From: Colwellia sp. RE-S-Sl-9
GTDB lineage: Bacteria > Pseudomonadota > Gammaproteobacteria > Enterobacterales > Alteromonadaceae
DNA: 64,000 bases
Direction: 5' to 3' (one strand)
Assembly: GCA_048296855.1 (NCBI GenBank)
Contig: CP182631.1
Numbering within the stretch: the first letter of the stretch is position 1; every line of letters starts with the position of its first letter. The notes beneath the pieces were generated by a model that saw only the letters and a list, made by a program, of their open reading frames with translations, did not search any database and was not told where the DNA came from. Of the stretch, positions 20,327-31,009 are shown in pieces. The position numbers were made by a program, and so were the translations under genes.

Positions 20327-22873
20327 ATGATCCCAAAAACACATAGAACGCTATCAACACTGTTCATATTGTTCTTATACAGTATATCTATGCTGGCTCA
20401 GGCAAAATCAATTGAAGACTTCAACTTCAATTGGAAGTTTACCCTAGAAAAACAACAAGCTGCCCACCAATACACTTTTGATGACAGCACATGGTTCCCC
20501 GTCAGATTACCACACGATTGGGCTGTTGCATTACCCTACACTAATGAAAATGCAGCAGCGAGTACAGGCTTTAAAGCAGGTGGAATTGGCTGGTATCGTA
20601 AAACATTCAACTTACCTAAATCAGACAAAAATAAAAAAATATGGGTTGAGTTTGATGGTATTTATAACAACTCGGCTATTTGGCTTAATGGTCACTATAT
20701 TGGTGGCAGACCTTATGGCTATTCCAGTTTTCAAGTAAATTTATCCCAATACGCCAACTACGGTGACAAAGCTAACGTTATCACTGTAAAAGTGGATCGT
20801 ACCGCATATGCAGATTCACGATGGTACACTGGGTCAGGTATATACAGAAATGTACGTCTAGTTAAAACCGAGCCTGTATATATACCACAGTGGGGTATGC
20901 AAGTTACAACCCCTGAGGTTTCCTCGAAAACAGCAAAAGTAAGCATAAATACCCAGATTATTGCCAATAAATATCAAGGCGAACATGCTAAATTAAAAAT
21001 TGAGTTATTCGACCAAAAAGGTAAAAAAGTTGCTCAAGATAAAGAGTCGTTTGATCTAAGTCATGAGAATAAAATCACTCAAACTCTTACAGTAAAAAAA
21101 CCTCAATTATGGTCGTTAGAAACACCTCATCTTTACACAGCGAAAGCTACTGTTTATGTTGATGGCGACAAAACAGAAGCAGATATAACTACCTTTGGTA
21201 TTAGAACCATCAAGTTTGATAGCAATAAAGGGTTTTTCTTAAATGGTGTTAACACAAAACTTAAAGGTGTTAACTTACATCACGATGCTGGTGCAGTAGG
21301 TGCGGCTGTTCATAAATCTATTTGGCGTTCTCGATTAGAAAAACTGAAAAGTATTGGTGTAAATGCTTTACGATTATCACATAACCCTCATAACCCAGGG
21401 TTACTTGAATTAGCTGATGAAATGGGATTTTTAGTGAACGCTGAAGCCTTTGATGATTGGGATAGAGCTAAAGAAAAAAGCAAAGTGCATGTTGGCGATA
21501 ATAAAGCGAAAGGAGATTCTGTAATATCATACAGCAAACATTTTAATGAATGGGCTGAACGTGATTTAAAAGATCTTGTTCGTCGAGATTTTAACCATCC
21601 GTCTATCATAATGTGGAGTATAGGAAACGAAGTAGAATGGACTTATCCTTATTATAGAAAATCAGCATCTTATGAAGAAGACGGTACAACATATTTTACA
21701 GACGCTGCTGACTTTAACCCTTCGCGTATAAAGAAAAAAATTAAGAAATACAACCCTGACAAAATTGACAATTTACCTATCATTGCAAAAATGCTGTCTG
21801 GTTTTGTTAAAGAAATAGATACAACCCGTCCAATTACCGCAGGACTAGTTCTTCCATCAGTTGGCTTTGCAACAGGTTATGCCGACGCTTTAGACTTAGT
21901 TGGCTTTAATTACCGCGCACCTTCTTATGAAGCGGCTCATAAAATGTATCCCAATAAAGTTATTTATGGATCTGAAAATTGGGGGACATTATCAGAATGG
22001 CTGAATGTAAAAGATAAAGATTATATGTCTGGTATTTTTATATGGACAGGTTTTGCTTACAAAGGTGAAGCTGGTCCCTTACCTAAAATGGGATTAGAAA
22101 TATCTCTGTTTGATTATGTAGGCAATAAAACACCCAGAGGACATTTTTTCGAAACTTTATGGGGTAATAAACCCAAAATATTTTTAGGTACTACATCGGC
22201 TAAAGAGTCTGAATTTTCTTATTCAAACGATAATGGATGGATATTTACAAAACGTAAAATACCTGAACATTTATGGCAAGGACTTCGTCGTTGGGAGTGG
22301 TTTGATATTTATGAAATGTGGAAGTACAAAACAAATGAAAACATTGTTGTACAAAGTTATACCAATACAGAATCAGCCGAATTATTTTTAAACGGAAAGT
22401 CTCTTGGCCGTAAACAACTTAAAGACTTTGATGATCAAATTATAAAATGGATGGTGCCCTATCAAGCAGGCGAGCTAAAAGTTGTTGGGTATAACAGCGG
22501 TAAAGCAGTAACTCAAAGTATTTTAAATACTCATGGTAAACTTGCTTCCATTGAACTTAATGCTGAAAAACAAAGCTTAACTGCAGATCAATACGATACA
22601 ACCTATATTCATGCTACTTTGTTAGATAAAAACGGCAACCTATTGTCTGATGCCGAAATTGACATAAAGTTTACAGTTGAAGGCAACGCTAAAATAGCAG
22701 CTGTAGATAACGGATGGGAAAATAATATTCAAGATGTATTAACTGATCATGTTATTACCCATAAAGGCAAAGCGGCACTATTGTTACAAGCACAAGATAA
22801 AGCAAGCCAAGTAAAAGTGTATGCAACAGCTAACGGCGTAAAATCTAAGCCTATTTTGATTAACCTAAACTAG
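20327..22873 (+). CDS. glycoside hydrolase family 2 protein (beta-galactosidase/beta-mannosidase-like), secreted
   Basis: 848 aa with a signal peptide, a GH2 sugar-binding N-terminal region and the TIM-barrel block 'WSIGNE' containing the acid/base Glu. Confidence 0.8.
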   Translation: MIPKTHRTLSTLFILFLYSISMLAQAKSIEDFNFNWKFTLEKQQAAHQYTFDDSTWFPVRLPHDWAVALPYTNENAAASTGFKAGGIGWYRKTFNLPKSDKNKKIWVEFDGIYNNSAIWLNGHYIGGRPYGYSSFQVNLSQYANYGDKANVITVKVDRTAYADSRWYTGSGIYRNVRLVKTEPVYIPQWGMQVTTPEVSSKTAKVSINTQIIANKYQGEHAKLKIELFDQKGKKVAQDKESFDLSHENKITQTLTVKKPQLWSLETPHLYTAKATVYVDGDKTEADITTFGIRTIKFDSNKGFFLNGVNTKLKGVNLHHDAGAVGAAVHKSIWRSRLEKLKSIGVNALRLSHNPHNPGLLELADEMGFLVNAEAFDDWDRAKEKSKVHVGDNKAKGDSVISYSKHFNEWAERDLKDLVRRDFNHPSIIMWSIGNEVEWTYPYYRKSASYEEDGTTYFTDAADFNPSRIKKKIKKYNPDKIDNLPIIAKMLSGFVKEIDTTRPITAGLVLPSVGFATGYADALDLVGFNYRAPSYEAAHKMYPNKVIYGSENWGTLSEWLNVKDKDYMSGIFIWTGFAYKGEAGPLPKMGLEISLFDYVGNKTPRGHFFETLWGNKPKIFLGTTSAKESEFSYSNDNGWIFTKRKIPEHLWQGLRRWEWFDIYEMWKYKTNENIVVQSYTNTESAELFLNGKSLGRKQLKDFDDQIIKWMVPYQAGELKVVGYNSGKAVTQSILNTHGKLASIELNAEKQSLTADQYDTTYIHATLLDKNGNLLSDAEIDIKFTVEGNAKIAAVDNGWENNIQDVLTDHVITHKGKAALLLQAQDKASQVKVYATANGVKSKPILINLN

Positions 22874-23069
22874 GCTTAATTAAGGTCTGTTGACCTTTCA
22901 TGTTTAAATTTTGTTCGGATTAAAGGCTTGTTAGTCGCGGCGCAAGGGAACTAGCATAATTGTTCTATGTAAATTCCTTGCAACAATGAACAAGAAGCAT
23001 TTAAACGACCTCATAGGACAGAAAAATCAACAAACCTTAATTTCCTTCAAGATAAAAGTAAAACGATAA

Positions 23070-23107
23070 AAAACCTACTTTAGCAGAGTTAAAGTAGGTT
23101 TTTTAAT
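23070..23107 (+). terminator. intrinsic terminator
   Basis: AACCTACTTTA-gcagagt-TAAAGTAGGTT followed by TTTTTT. Confidence 0.65.
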
Positions 23108-23236
23108 TACATACCTTAGGAAAGTATAAAGAATATTCGTTAAACCCTGTAAAATAATATAAACTCCTTCCCTTATTTTTAATCGCCTCTGTTTATGTAT
23201 CGAGTAAATTAGCGTTTACTTGCAAGGTTTACTGTT

Positions 23237-24400
23237 ATGCTTTTTCGTATTATCTTTATTTTTTATTGCCTTATCTTTATCCCTTTATCTTACGGGAAAG
23301 ATTTTACTGAAGTTAGAAAAAAGTTTTCAAAAACAGTCGCCAGCGAATTAAAAAAACATAACATTCCTGGTGCCGCCTATGTCATTATTCAAAACAATAA
23401 AGTCGTTGCGTTAGAAACCTTTGGTTATACAGATAAAAGTAAATCAAAAAAAATAAACGCCGATACAGTTTTTAGATTAGCATCAGTTTCAAAACCTTTT
23501 GCAGCAACAATTACCACCATGCTAGCGCAAGAAAAGCGCTTAAACTTATCAGATCCTATTACCCAATATATTCCTAACTTTGTACTTGCTAAAAAAAACG
23601 CATCTAAAAAAATTCAAATTAAACACCTATTAAGTCATTCAAGTGGTTTAATGCCTAACGCTTACGACAACTTATTACATGAAAACTGGAATATGCAAAA
23701 AATCATAGGCAGATTTGATCGCGTAAGCCCTATTTGCCAACCTGGAATATGCTACGGATATCAAAATATTGCCTACGGTTTTTTACAGTTTGCTATAGAA
23801 AATAGTCAACCTAAAAGCTACGCAACGCTATTACAAGAACGTATATTTACCCCTTTAAAAATGGATAATGCTTCAGTAGGTATTGATAACTTTTTAAACA
23901 ATAAAAATATAGCAAAACCACACGTACTTATTAGAAGTAAAAGAACCGGTAAAAAAGATAAAAACGGAAGATACATCAAGCAAAACGTATGGCATCCCGT
24001 AAAAGTACAACCTGACTATTACAAAGTTGCGCCAGCAGCCGGAGTTAACGCTAGCATCACAGATTTAGCTAAATGGTTAAATGCTAATATGGGTAATAAT
24101 CCTGATATTTTATCACCCAACTTACTTAACGAATTAACAACACCCAGAATAAAAACCAAAAAAGATTTAAGACGTAGATACTGGAAAGAAAGCCTTAAAG
24201 ATGCCTATTACGGCTATGGATGGCGTATTTACCAATTAGACAAAAGCTCCATAATTTACCATTCTGGCTGGGTACAAGGCTATCGCGCAGATATTGGCTA
24301 CTCGCCTGAACTTGGGATAGGTTTTGCTATGCTAATGAATGCAGAATCTAACTTAATCAATAAGTTGTCTCACGATTTTTGGAAAGCAGTTCAGCAGTAA
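23237..24400 (+). CDS. serine hydrolase, beta-lactamase (class C / PBP-like) family
   Basis: 387 aa with a signal peptide and the S-x-x-K motif 'SVSKPF'. Confidence 0.75.
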   Translation: MLFRIIFIFYCLIFIPLSYGKDFTEVRKKFSKTVASELKKHNIPGAAYVIIQNNKVVALETFGYTDKSKSKKINADTVFRLASVSKPFAATITTMLAQEKRLNLSDPITQYIPNFVLAKKNASKKIQIKHLLSHSSGLMPNAYDNLLHENWNMQKIIGRFDRVSPICQPGICYGYQNIAYGFLQFAIENSQPKSYATLLQERIFTPLKMDNASVGIDNFLNNKNIAKPHVLIRSKRTGKKDKNGRYIKQNVWHPVKVQPDYYKVAPAAGVNASITDLAKWLNANMGNNPDILSPNLLNELTTPRIKTKKDLRRRYWKESLKDAYYGYGWRIYQLDKSSIIYHSGWVQGYRADIGYSPELGIGFAMLMNAESNLINKLSHDFWKAVQQ

Positions 24401-24417
24401 AACAACGACCTTTTGAC

Positions 24418-25044
24418 TTAACTCGGCTCAACAACAGACATTAAAGCAAGGTTACGTCCTTCAAGATCTTCGAAAAACACCATCCACTCTTCAGATCCAT
24501 CATCATGTTTATGGATCATATGGGGTGCATTAACAAATTTAACTCCTAGCGTGGTTAATGTTTCGTATGAAAAATGTATATCAGAAACCCTGAGGTACAA
24601 AATTGATTCAACGGTATTAACGTCTTCACTCTCAGACAGCATTAATCGAACGCCCCCTAAATCAAAAAAAGCTAATTTTCCAAAGGTATACAAATGAGCT
24701 AGCCCTAAAACATCACGATACCAAGCCTCTGATTTTTTAATGTTTTTAACGGTTCTGGCCGTTTGCCCTAAAGCTAAAATACTATGTTGGTTATTCATAT
24801 TTTCTCCTTGGATTATCAGTAAACTCTCTTTAGGTACTCCCACCCAACACATTAAAGCTTTACGGTTTTTTAAACCTAATTTAGCTATTGCATTTGCAAC
24901 GTGATATTTCACTCCGTCTAAACTAATCTTTTCAAGATCAGCAATTTGCTGATTGGTTAAGCCATGGCGAACAGCATTAGCTGTTCGCCATTCAGCAAGA
25001 GTGAGAATATCTTTATGTGGCGGTCGACCGCGTAATTTTTTCAT
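24418..25044 (-). CDS. LuxR-type HTH domain fused to a VOC (glyoxalase/bleomycin-resistance/dioxygenase) domain
   Basis: The N-terminal residues ~10-70 match the LuxR/FixJ HTH (LTNQQIADLEKISLDGVKYHVANAIAKLGLKNRKAL). The C-terminal ~120 aa resemble a VOC beta-alpha-beta-beta-beta module. Confidence 0.6.
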   Translation of the reverse strand: MKKLRGRPPHKDILTLAEWRTANAVRHGLTNQQIADLEKISLDGVKYHVANAIAKLGLKNRKALMCWVGVPKESLLIIQGENMNNQHSILALGQTARTVKNIKKSEAWYRDVLGLAHLYTFGKLAFFDLGGVRLMLSESEDVNTVESILYLRVSDIHFSYETLTTLGVKFVNAPHMIHKHDDGSEEWMVFFEDLEGRNLALMSVVEPS

Positions 25045-25201
25045 ATGAATAGATTAGCTTATTAAAAGTTTATTTACCCTCCCCTTTTTTAACCTTTTTA
25101 TTCCTATAAATAACACAGAGTAATAACACTAACATTGACATATTCATATTATTGAAACAAACTCATTAGACCAGTTGTTTTTTATTTAGGAATAAAGATA
25201 A

Positions 25202-25687
25202 ATGTCGTATAAACCTTCCAAAAGTCTCATGCTAAAATTGTGGAAAATATTCGGTGGTTTCACTATAGGACGGTGGATTGTAGGTAAGGCTTTATGCTTT
25301 ACAGCTCCTTATTTTGGTACGATTAAACCTAAGTTAATTATTGTAAAACCGGGTCATGTAGAACTTACCATTAAAAAACGTAGGGCTGTTTATAATCATT
25401 TAAAATCAGTTCATGCCATTGCCATGTGTAATGCTGCTGAACTTTCTGCAGGTGTTTGTATAGACATATCTTTAAGCGATGATCTACGCTGGATACCTAT
25501 TGGTATGACGGTTCAATACTTGAAAATTGCCAAAACAGACTTACGCATAATTTGTAAAATAGATAGGTTTGATTGGGAGAAAGCCGAAGATGTCGTGCTA
25601 CCTGTTGATGTTTATGATACGGAACACAACAAGGTTTTTCATGCTGATATTACTATGCGAATTTCACCAAAACCATCACAACCATAA
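25202..25687 (+). CDS. hotdog-fold thioesterase-like protein (DUF4442/YiiD C-terminal-like)
   Basis: 161 aa. Weak similarity pattern to PaaI/YiiD-type hotdog domains. Confidence 0.45.
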   Translation: MSYKPSKSLMLKLWKIFGGFTIGRWIVGKALCFTAPYFGTIKPKLIIVKPGHVELTIKKRRAVYNHLKSVHAIAMCNAAELSAGVCIDISLSDDLRWIPIGMTVQYLKIAKTDLRIICKIDRFDWEKAEDVVLPVDVYDTEHNKVFHADITMRISPKPSQP

Positions 25688-25689
25688 AT

Positions 25690-25735
25690 GAAAAAGGTAA
25701 TAACATTCTCTGCTATTACCTTTTCATAATTAACC
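25690..25735. repeat. hairpin-terminator repeat element, family member C (AAGGTAATA-N11-TATTACCTT ... ATAATTAACC)
   Basis: Perfect 9-bp stem. Same GGTAATAAC core and ATTAACC tail as the element at 14845. Lies between convergent genes. Confidence 0.55.
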
Positions 25736-25751
25736 TATAGCCATAAAGGTT

Positions 25752-28700
25752 TTAATCAAAAATGGCTCCTCCTGTATTATGACTCTCTCTACTTGTTGCC
25801 AACTCTTTAGTAACTTTTTGAACCGTCATAAAATTAAGAGTTTTTAATGTCTCTATTATTTCTAAATCAACATTTTTATTGCTGTTAAGTACAGATAATA
25901 ACGGCGTTATAAACGATTCCATATGCTGCGTAAATAAAGACAAGGTTTGTGTTAATTCAGCGTTATCTGGCTTTTCAACATTTACTTGTAACTTTAAACT
26001 AGACAGTGTTTCGTTCAATGTGTCTAAACTACCAGACTGAGACTGTTGCAGTACTTGGCTAATTTGATTCAATCCCTTTTGCAATAATGATATTTGGCTC
26101 GCAATAGCAGCCATTGGATTGTCGTTATTACCTAAGTTTTGATGACGAACAAAATCATCTTTTATGATTTTCCAGCGCTCTGCTTGCTCACTAGTTTGGT
26201 TATTACGAAGTTCAGCTAATTTAAGTAGATTTTCTTCAGCACCTATTGTTAATGTTTGAGCTTCACCTCGGTAATGATCTGCAATCAGTTGTTCAACTTC
26301 TTCGTCAGTCATCACAGGTACAATTTTTTCTACCATTTTATTCATGTTTCGGTAGCTACCTTGTAACTTAAAGGGTGGCTCGGTTCTGTATTTGTCGTCT
26401 TGGGCAGCAGATGCAATATATTGTTCATTCGCTTTTAAAACGGTTTCTTGAACCTTGCGAATACGCTTAATAACCGCAACAATTTCATTCACTTCGGCTT
26501 GTGAATAACTATGTTTAAGATCCGTTGCAGCAACCGGTTCTCCATCTGCCATTTTAACTAAATTATACAAGTCATCCATATCGCGTGTAGCAAGTGGCGC
26601 AATGTAAGAGTTACTGGTTAAGCTATTTTCAATAAAACTTAAAGAAAACTCATGTTCACGACCACTTAGCGTATCACCCAAATTATAAATATCAGCACGG
26701 TTAGCTAACATGTCTGGAATACTAAATGCTTCGCCTGACTCGGTATACGGATTACCCGCCATAACAACTGCAAACTTTTTACCACGCATGTCGTAGGTTT
26801 TACTTTCGCCATTCCACACACCATCTACCCGTCTTGAACCATCACAAAGAGAAATAAATTTTTGTAAAAACTCAGGATTAGTATGTTGAATATCATCAAG
26901 GTACAACATAACGTTGTTACCCATTTCAAAGGCTAAGTTGATTTTTTCTACTTCATTCTTTGCCGTTGAGTTATTTGCCTGCGCGGGATCAAGCGATAAT
27001 TGGTCGTGTCCAATAGACGGACAGTTAATTTTAACAAAGGTCATACCCAGCTTACTGGCTACGTATTCGATTAATGTTGTTTTACCGTAACCCGGAGGAG
27101 AAATAAGTAATAATAACCCCATTAAATCTGAACGTTTGTTATTACCTGCAGCACCAATTTGTTTAGCTAAGTTAGTACCTATTATTGGAAAATACACATC
27201 GTTAATCAGTTTATTTCGTACAAAAGAAGATAACGCTCTAGGTTTGAACTCTTCAAGTTGTAGTCGTTTACGCTGTTTTTCTAATACCTGTTGTTTGGTT
27301 TGATGAAACTGCTTAAATGCAGGTACATGTTCATACGTAAATTTACGTAACTTTGTGATAAATTCTTGATAGTTAATTTTTAATTTTCGATCATTAATCT
27401 GTTTATGCTGACCCAATAAGCCTTCTACAATACAATAGGTTTTAGCCGCAGAAGTATAAAACTCACTGTGCTGCTCTAACGTCATCAACATAGAAGCTTC
27501 AATTAATACATCTAAATGAATGTCTAATTTTTGATGATGAGCAAAAGCTTGTAACCACGCTAAATGGAGTTGATATTTTTGTTCTAAAGTTGAACAGCCT
27601 GATAGCGCGCTTTCAATTTGCTGTTCTAAGCTCTTATGTTTAAGTTGTGATTTTAGTTGTTTAACTAGATCTACACTTTCTTCTTTTATAACAAACTTTT
27701 GTTCAGCTAAAGCAAGCTCTTGAATAAGATACGTTGCTGATAAGACCGTGTCGCCGTTTAACCAAGGTTGCTCTTTAATATAGGTAGTTAATACACTTGA
27801 CAATTCATCCGTTAGCTGTTGCCTAAGCTGATTATCGCCGAAGGTTTCTTCCATTAAGTGTAAGTTATGACAACGCTGTACTAAGTCTTTACGTTGGTTA
27901 TCTTCTAATTTTGTTGAAAAGAAAAACACAGCGAGTTTTCTCTCTAACGCGGGGTAAGCTAATAGGCCTATAGATTCTCGTAACGATAATAGCTGTGTTA
28001 AAATTAAAGCGGCATCGGCGTCATGTACACCTTTATCATAACCTTCTTGATAGCGTGGCTCTGCCGCTTTTCTAATAAACTCTACTAATTGATTATTTTT
28101 TACCGCGTCTTTTAAGTGATCAATTTGAGTTTTACCAGACAATTCAGCTTCAAATAATAAGCTAGCGGCTAAGTATTCACCTCGGTATACATCACCACAT
28201 TCAGAAATAAGTTCTTGCTGCCATAAATATTCAGTACCCGCAAATAGTTCAGCGTCTAGGTTTTCAAAATACTCACTGCCACTAATGTGTAATACCATTG
28301 CCTTGTCACGTGGCAATAAGGTTAGTTCTAGTTTTTGCTTATTAACCGAGAACTGATGTTCGCCTATTTTAACTAAGCTACCGTCGGCTGAATAAATATC
28401 GGTTTTATCTCTAAGAGCTCTTATGCCTTGTTCTTTAGCATTTTTTAGCTGAGCATCAATGTCATCAGCTCTAACATTGTCATCAAGTTCTCTTAATTGC
28501 TCTATCAGTTGTCTTAACTTAGACACCATAGGGTCGCCAGCAAAATAACTATTGAGCTTGTCTTGATCATTAAAACCTTGGCTACGACGAATAACACCTT
28601 CGATAATACGCTGTGCCGCTGTCATTAAATTAAGACAACGACGCTGCTGAGAATCCATAAGCTGTTGTTTATGTTGCTCGAAGTTATCGTAAATTTCGTC

Positions 28701-30944
28701 TCGTTTAGCGAGGATCTCAGTATAAAACTCCTCATAATCGCTAAATTGACTTTCTAAGTCTTCAAGCTGAATAAGTATTTGAGAGAGTTGTTGATCGCAA
28801 GATTGCGGTGTATCACTCGCATTTAAGCCACTGGTAACACTTTGGCTTAGTAGTTTAAATCTGGCACCAAATTCGGCTCTAGCCTCTTCACTGCCTACAC
28901 TTTTTGCGGCTAAATCTGCGTTCGCTTTAACACGATTAATTTGACTAAATACACCTGATATATCTTCGAGTATACGTGTGCGCTGCCTGCTGTCTTCAAT
29001 ATCTAAAGACAGCATGGTGCGATTAAGTAATTCTAAACCTTGAATAAGCTCTTCAATGGCTAAACGTATAGGTTTTAATGCGGTGATTGACTCACTATCT
29101 GTAATCGCTGCTTCTAATTCTGCGATGGTAGTTTGGTAAGGGGTAAGTGCATTATCTTGCTGTAAAAAATCAGCCGTTGCTTGGCTAAGTCCTTTAGTGA
29201 GTTCGTCTAAAGTAACTTCCATGGTGTTAATTTCATCTACGTCAACATAACGTAATTCTTTATGAGAAATTAACTCGCCTTTAAATTGTGCTAACTCAGA
29301 TAAATTATCAACAAATTGCTTAGCGTTATTAAAGCGATTTAATTGGAGATTTTTGGTTAACTCAGTAAGCTTATTTCGAGCTTCTGACATAACGGCATCA
29401 GAGCTTGCTTTAATGCTAACGACTTTTTCAAACTCATCTAATACGAGTTCTGAAGTCGTAACAACTTGTTTGATCAGATCATTTAGAGTCGATAAGCTTG
29501 TATCATTCAACCAATGATATTTATCAAAAAGCTGCTTAGATTCTTTAACTAAATCGTTAAAATGATGCTCGCTAGGCGCTTCAATAGAAATTAATTTAAC
29601 AACGCTATATAAATCAGACACGCCTCTAACAAGTTCAGGATTACCTATTTTGCCAAAAAAACTTGTGTCGGTAGGTTGGTTGCTCGCATATTCTTCGGTA
29701 CAAAATGGGGTTTGCCATATTTGCATAGCATGCACACGCGAAGGTTCAGATTCTGCACTAAAAACTACAGCCCTTCCATTATCGTACAAGCTTTGACCGT
29801 GACCATAAATAGGGTTTTGTAATGTTCTCGTGATCAGGTTATAGCCAAATAAAGCATACTGACCTGCATTAGGTTCATAAAATATATAAAGAAAATCTTC
29901 ACCGTTGGGTGATTTAACTACACGGTGCAGTTGAAGATCTTCAGCATTGTCTTCAAAACTCTTATGTTCTCCATTTTGCAGATAGTATCCACCAGGAAAA
30001 ATAATACCGTGATCTTCAGGTAATTGAATACACGCATGTGCGATTGCGTCTTGGCGTAATACAGTTTTGGTTTTGCAGTTAAAAATTAAATGTCGGGTTT
30101 GCTCTTCACGGTAGGGCTTTATTTTTAATAAAATAAGTTCGCCCACTTTAGCGTAGCGAATATCCGCATCGTCTAAAGATTGGTGTTCATCATCAACAGG
30201 CTCTGAATATATACCTTGCCCTGCTTCGGTATTATTTTCTACTTTAAGGGTAAGTGACCCGCCCATGGTTTCAACAAAAAGCATATCAAATAAATTAAAG
30301 TGCGGATGCTTACCTTGCTCTTGTTGTTCTCGTGATACTTTATGCCATTCAAAATCAAAATTTTCTGGCTGTTTTATATCTCTTTCACCACGGTTATCAA
30401 TGTAAGTGACTTTATAATCTGGGTCGATCCCCCAGCGAAAAACACGTATGTCATCAATACGCTCACCAATTTGAAATATTGCAAAAACTTTGCTGCCTTG
30501 ACGGTAAACATGAGATAAAAAGGTTTTTTTATAGTAGGTATATAGCTCATCAAAATCGCGAACAAATTCAGGATCATCAAGAAAGCTACCTTGTATTGGC
30601 AAGTCTACAATTTCAATCTCACCATTGTTATCTTGAAGTTGATGCAAACTAAATACATCAGAAATGGTGATATTACGTTGTAAACCTAAAAAAACGTTAT
30701 ACCCAAAAAGTAAGGTGTCTCCAATAGCCGCTATGTCTCTCGCAACACAATTATGCTCGGTTCTCACTCTTACACGAGCATCAACGTTCATATCAGTTGA
30801 GCCAAATGTTGAAATACGTTCATCATTTAACTGTTTTATTTGTGTATTAAGTTCACTACCTAAGGCGGATAGTCGGCGTTGTATTAGCTCGTATGAGCCA
30901 CCTTCTGCAACGGCTTGATTGGTGACACTTTCCTTATTTGTCAT
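25752..30944 (-). CDS. giant (1730-aa) protein with a C-terminal AAA+ ATPase module (AAA_5/MoxR-McrB-like); the N-terminal ~1200 aa have no recognisable domain
   Basis: Walker A 'LLLISPPGYGKTTLIEY', Walker B 'VMLYLDDIQH' and a sensor-like 'VVMAGNP' block. The frame is uninterrupted. It starts 65 bp downstream of the flotillin gene on the same strand. Confidence 0.75.
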   Translation of the reverse strand: MTNKESVTNQAVAEGGSYELIQRRLSALGSELNTQIKQLNDERISTFGSTDMNVDARVRVRTEHNCVARDIAAIGDTLLFGYNVFLGLQRNITISDVFSLHQLQDNNGEIEIVDLPIQGSFLDDPEFVRDFDELYTYYKKTFLSHVYRQGSKVFAIFQIGERIDDIRVFRWGIDPDYKVTYIDNRGERDIKQPENFDFEWHKVSREQQEQGKHPHFNLFDMLFVETMGGSLTLKVENNTEAGQGIYSEPVDDEHQSLDDADIRYAKVGELILLKIKPYREEQTRHLIFNCKTKTVLRQDAIAHACIQLPEDHGIIFPGGYYLQNGEHKSFEDNAEDLQLHRVVKSPNGEDFLYIFYEPNAGQYALFGYNLITRTLQNPIYGHGQSLYDNGRAVVFSAESEPSRVHAMQIWQTPFCTEEYASNQPTDTSFFGKIGNPELVRGVSDLYSVVKLISIEAPSEHHFNDLVKESKQLFDKYHWLNDTSLSTLNDLIKQVVTTSELVLDEFEKVVSIKASSDAVMSEARNKLTELTKNLQLNRFNNAKQFVDNLSELAQFKGELISHKELRYVDVDEINTMEVTLDELTKGLSQATADFLQQDNALTPYQTTIAELEAAITDSESITALKPIRLAIEELIQGLELLNRTMLSLDIEDSRQRTRILEDISGVFSQINRVKANADLAAKSVGSEEARAEFGARFKLLSQSVTSGLNASDTPQSCDQQLSQILIQLEDLESQFSDYEEFYTEILAKRDEIYDNFEQHKQQLMDSQQRRCLNLMTAAQRIIEGVIRRSQGFNDQDKLNSYFAGDPMVSKLRQLIEQLRELDDNVRADDIDAQLKNAKEQGIRALRDKTDIYSADGSLVKIGEHQFSVNKQKLELTLLPRDKAMVLHISGSEYFENLDAELFAGTEYLWQQELISECGDVYRGEYLAASLLFEAELSGKTQIDHLKDAVKNNQLVEFIRKAAEPRYQEGYDKGVHDADAALILTQLLSLRESIGLLAYPALERKLAVFFFSTKLEDNQRKDLVQRCHNLHLMEETFGDNQLRQQLTDELSSVLTTYIKEQPWLNGDTVLSATYLIQELALAEQKFVIKEESVDLVKQLKSQLKHKSLEQQIESALSGCSTLEQKYQLHLAWLQAFAHHQKLDIHLDVLIEASMLMTLEQHSEFYTSAAKTYCIVEGLLGQHKQINDRKLKINYQEFITKLRKFTYEHVPAFKQFHQTKQQVLEKQRKRLQLEEFKPRALSSFVRNKLINDVYFPIIGTNLAKQIGAAGNNKRSDLMGLLLLISPPGYGKTTLIEYVASKLGMTFVKINCPSIGHDQLSLDPAQANNSTAKNEVEKINLAFEMGNNVMLYLDDIQHTNPEFLQKFISLCDGSRRVDGVWNGESKTYDMRGKKFAVVMAGNPYTESGEAFSIPDMLANRADIYNLGDTLSGREHEFSLSFIENSLTSNSYIAPLATRDMDDLYNLVKMADGEPVAATDLKHSYSQAEVNEIVAVIKRIRKVQETVLKANEQYIASAAQDDKYRTEPPFKLQGSYRNMNKMVEKIVPVMTDEEVEQLIADHYRGEAQTLTIGAEENLLKLAELRNNQTSEQAERWKIIKDDFVRHQNLGNNDNPMAAIASQISLLQKGLNQISQVLQQSQSGSLDTLNETLSSLKLQVNVEKPDNAELTQTLSLFTQHMESFITPLLSVLNSNKNVDLEIIETLKTLNFMTVQKVTKELATSRESHNTGGAIFD

Positions 30945-31009
30945 TTAAGACTCCATGATGCTGTATGAAGCCTTTAATGGTAAAGGCTTCATCTATTTAC
31001 TGAAAAAAT

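Noticed and set aside
17195-22900. Shared 13-mer (T)AATTAAGGTCTG at 17208 and 22878, near gene boundaries.
   Set aside because: Only about 13 bp with no extended similarity or structure. Probably chance in AT-rich DNA.
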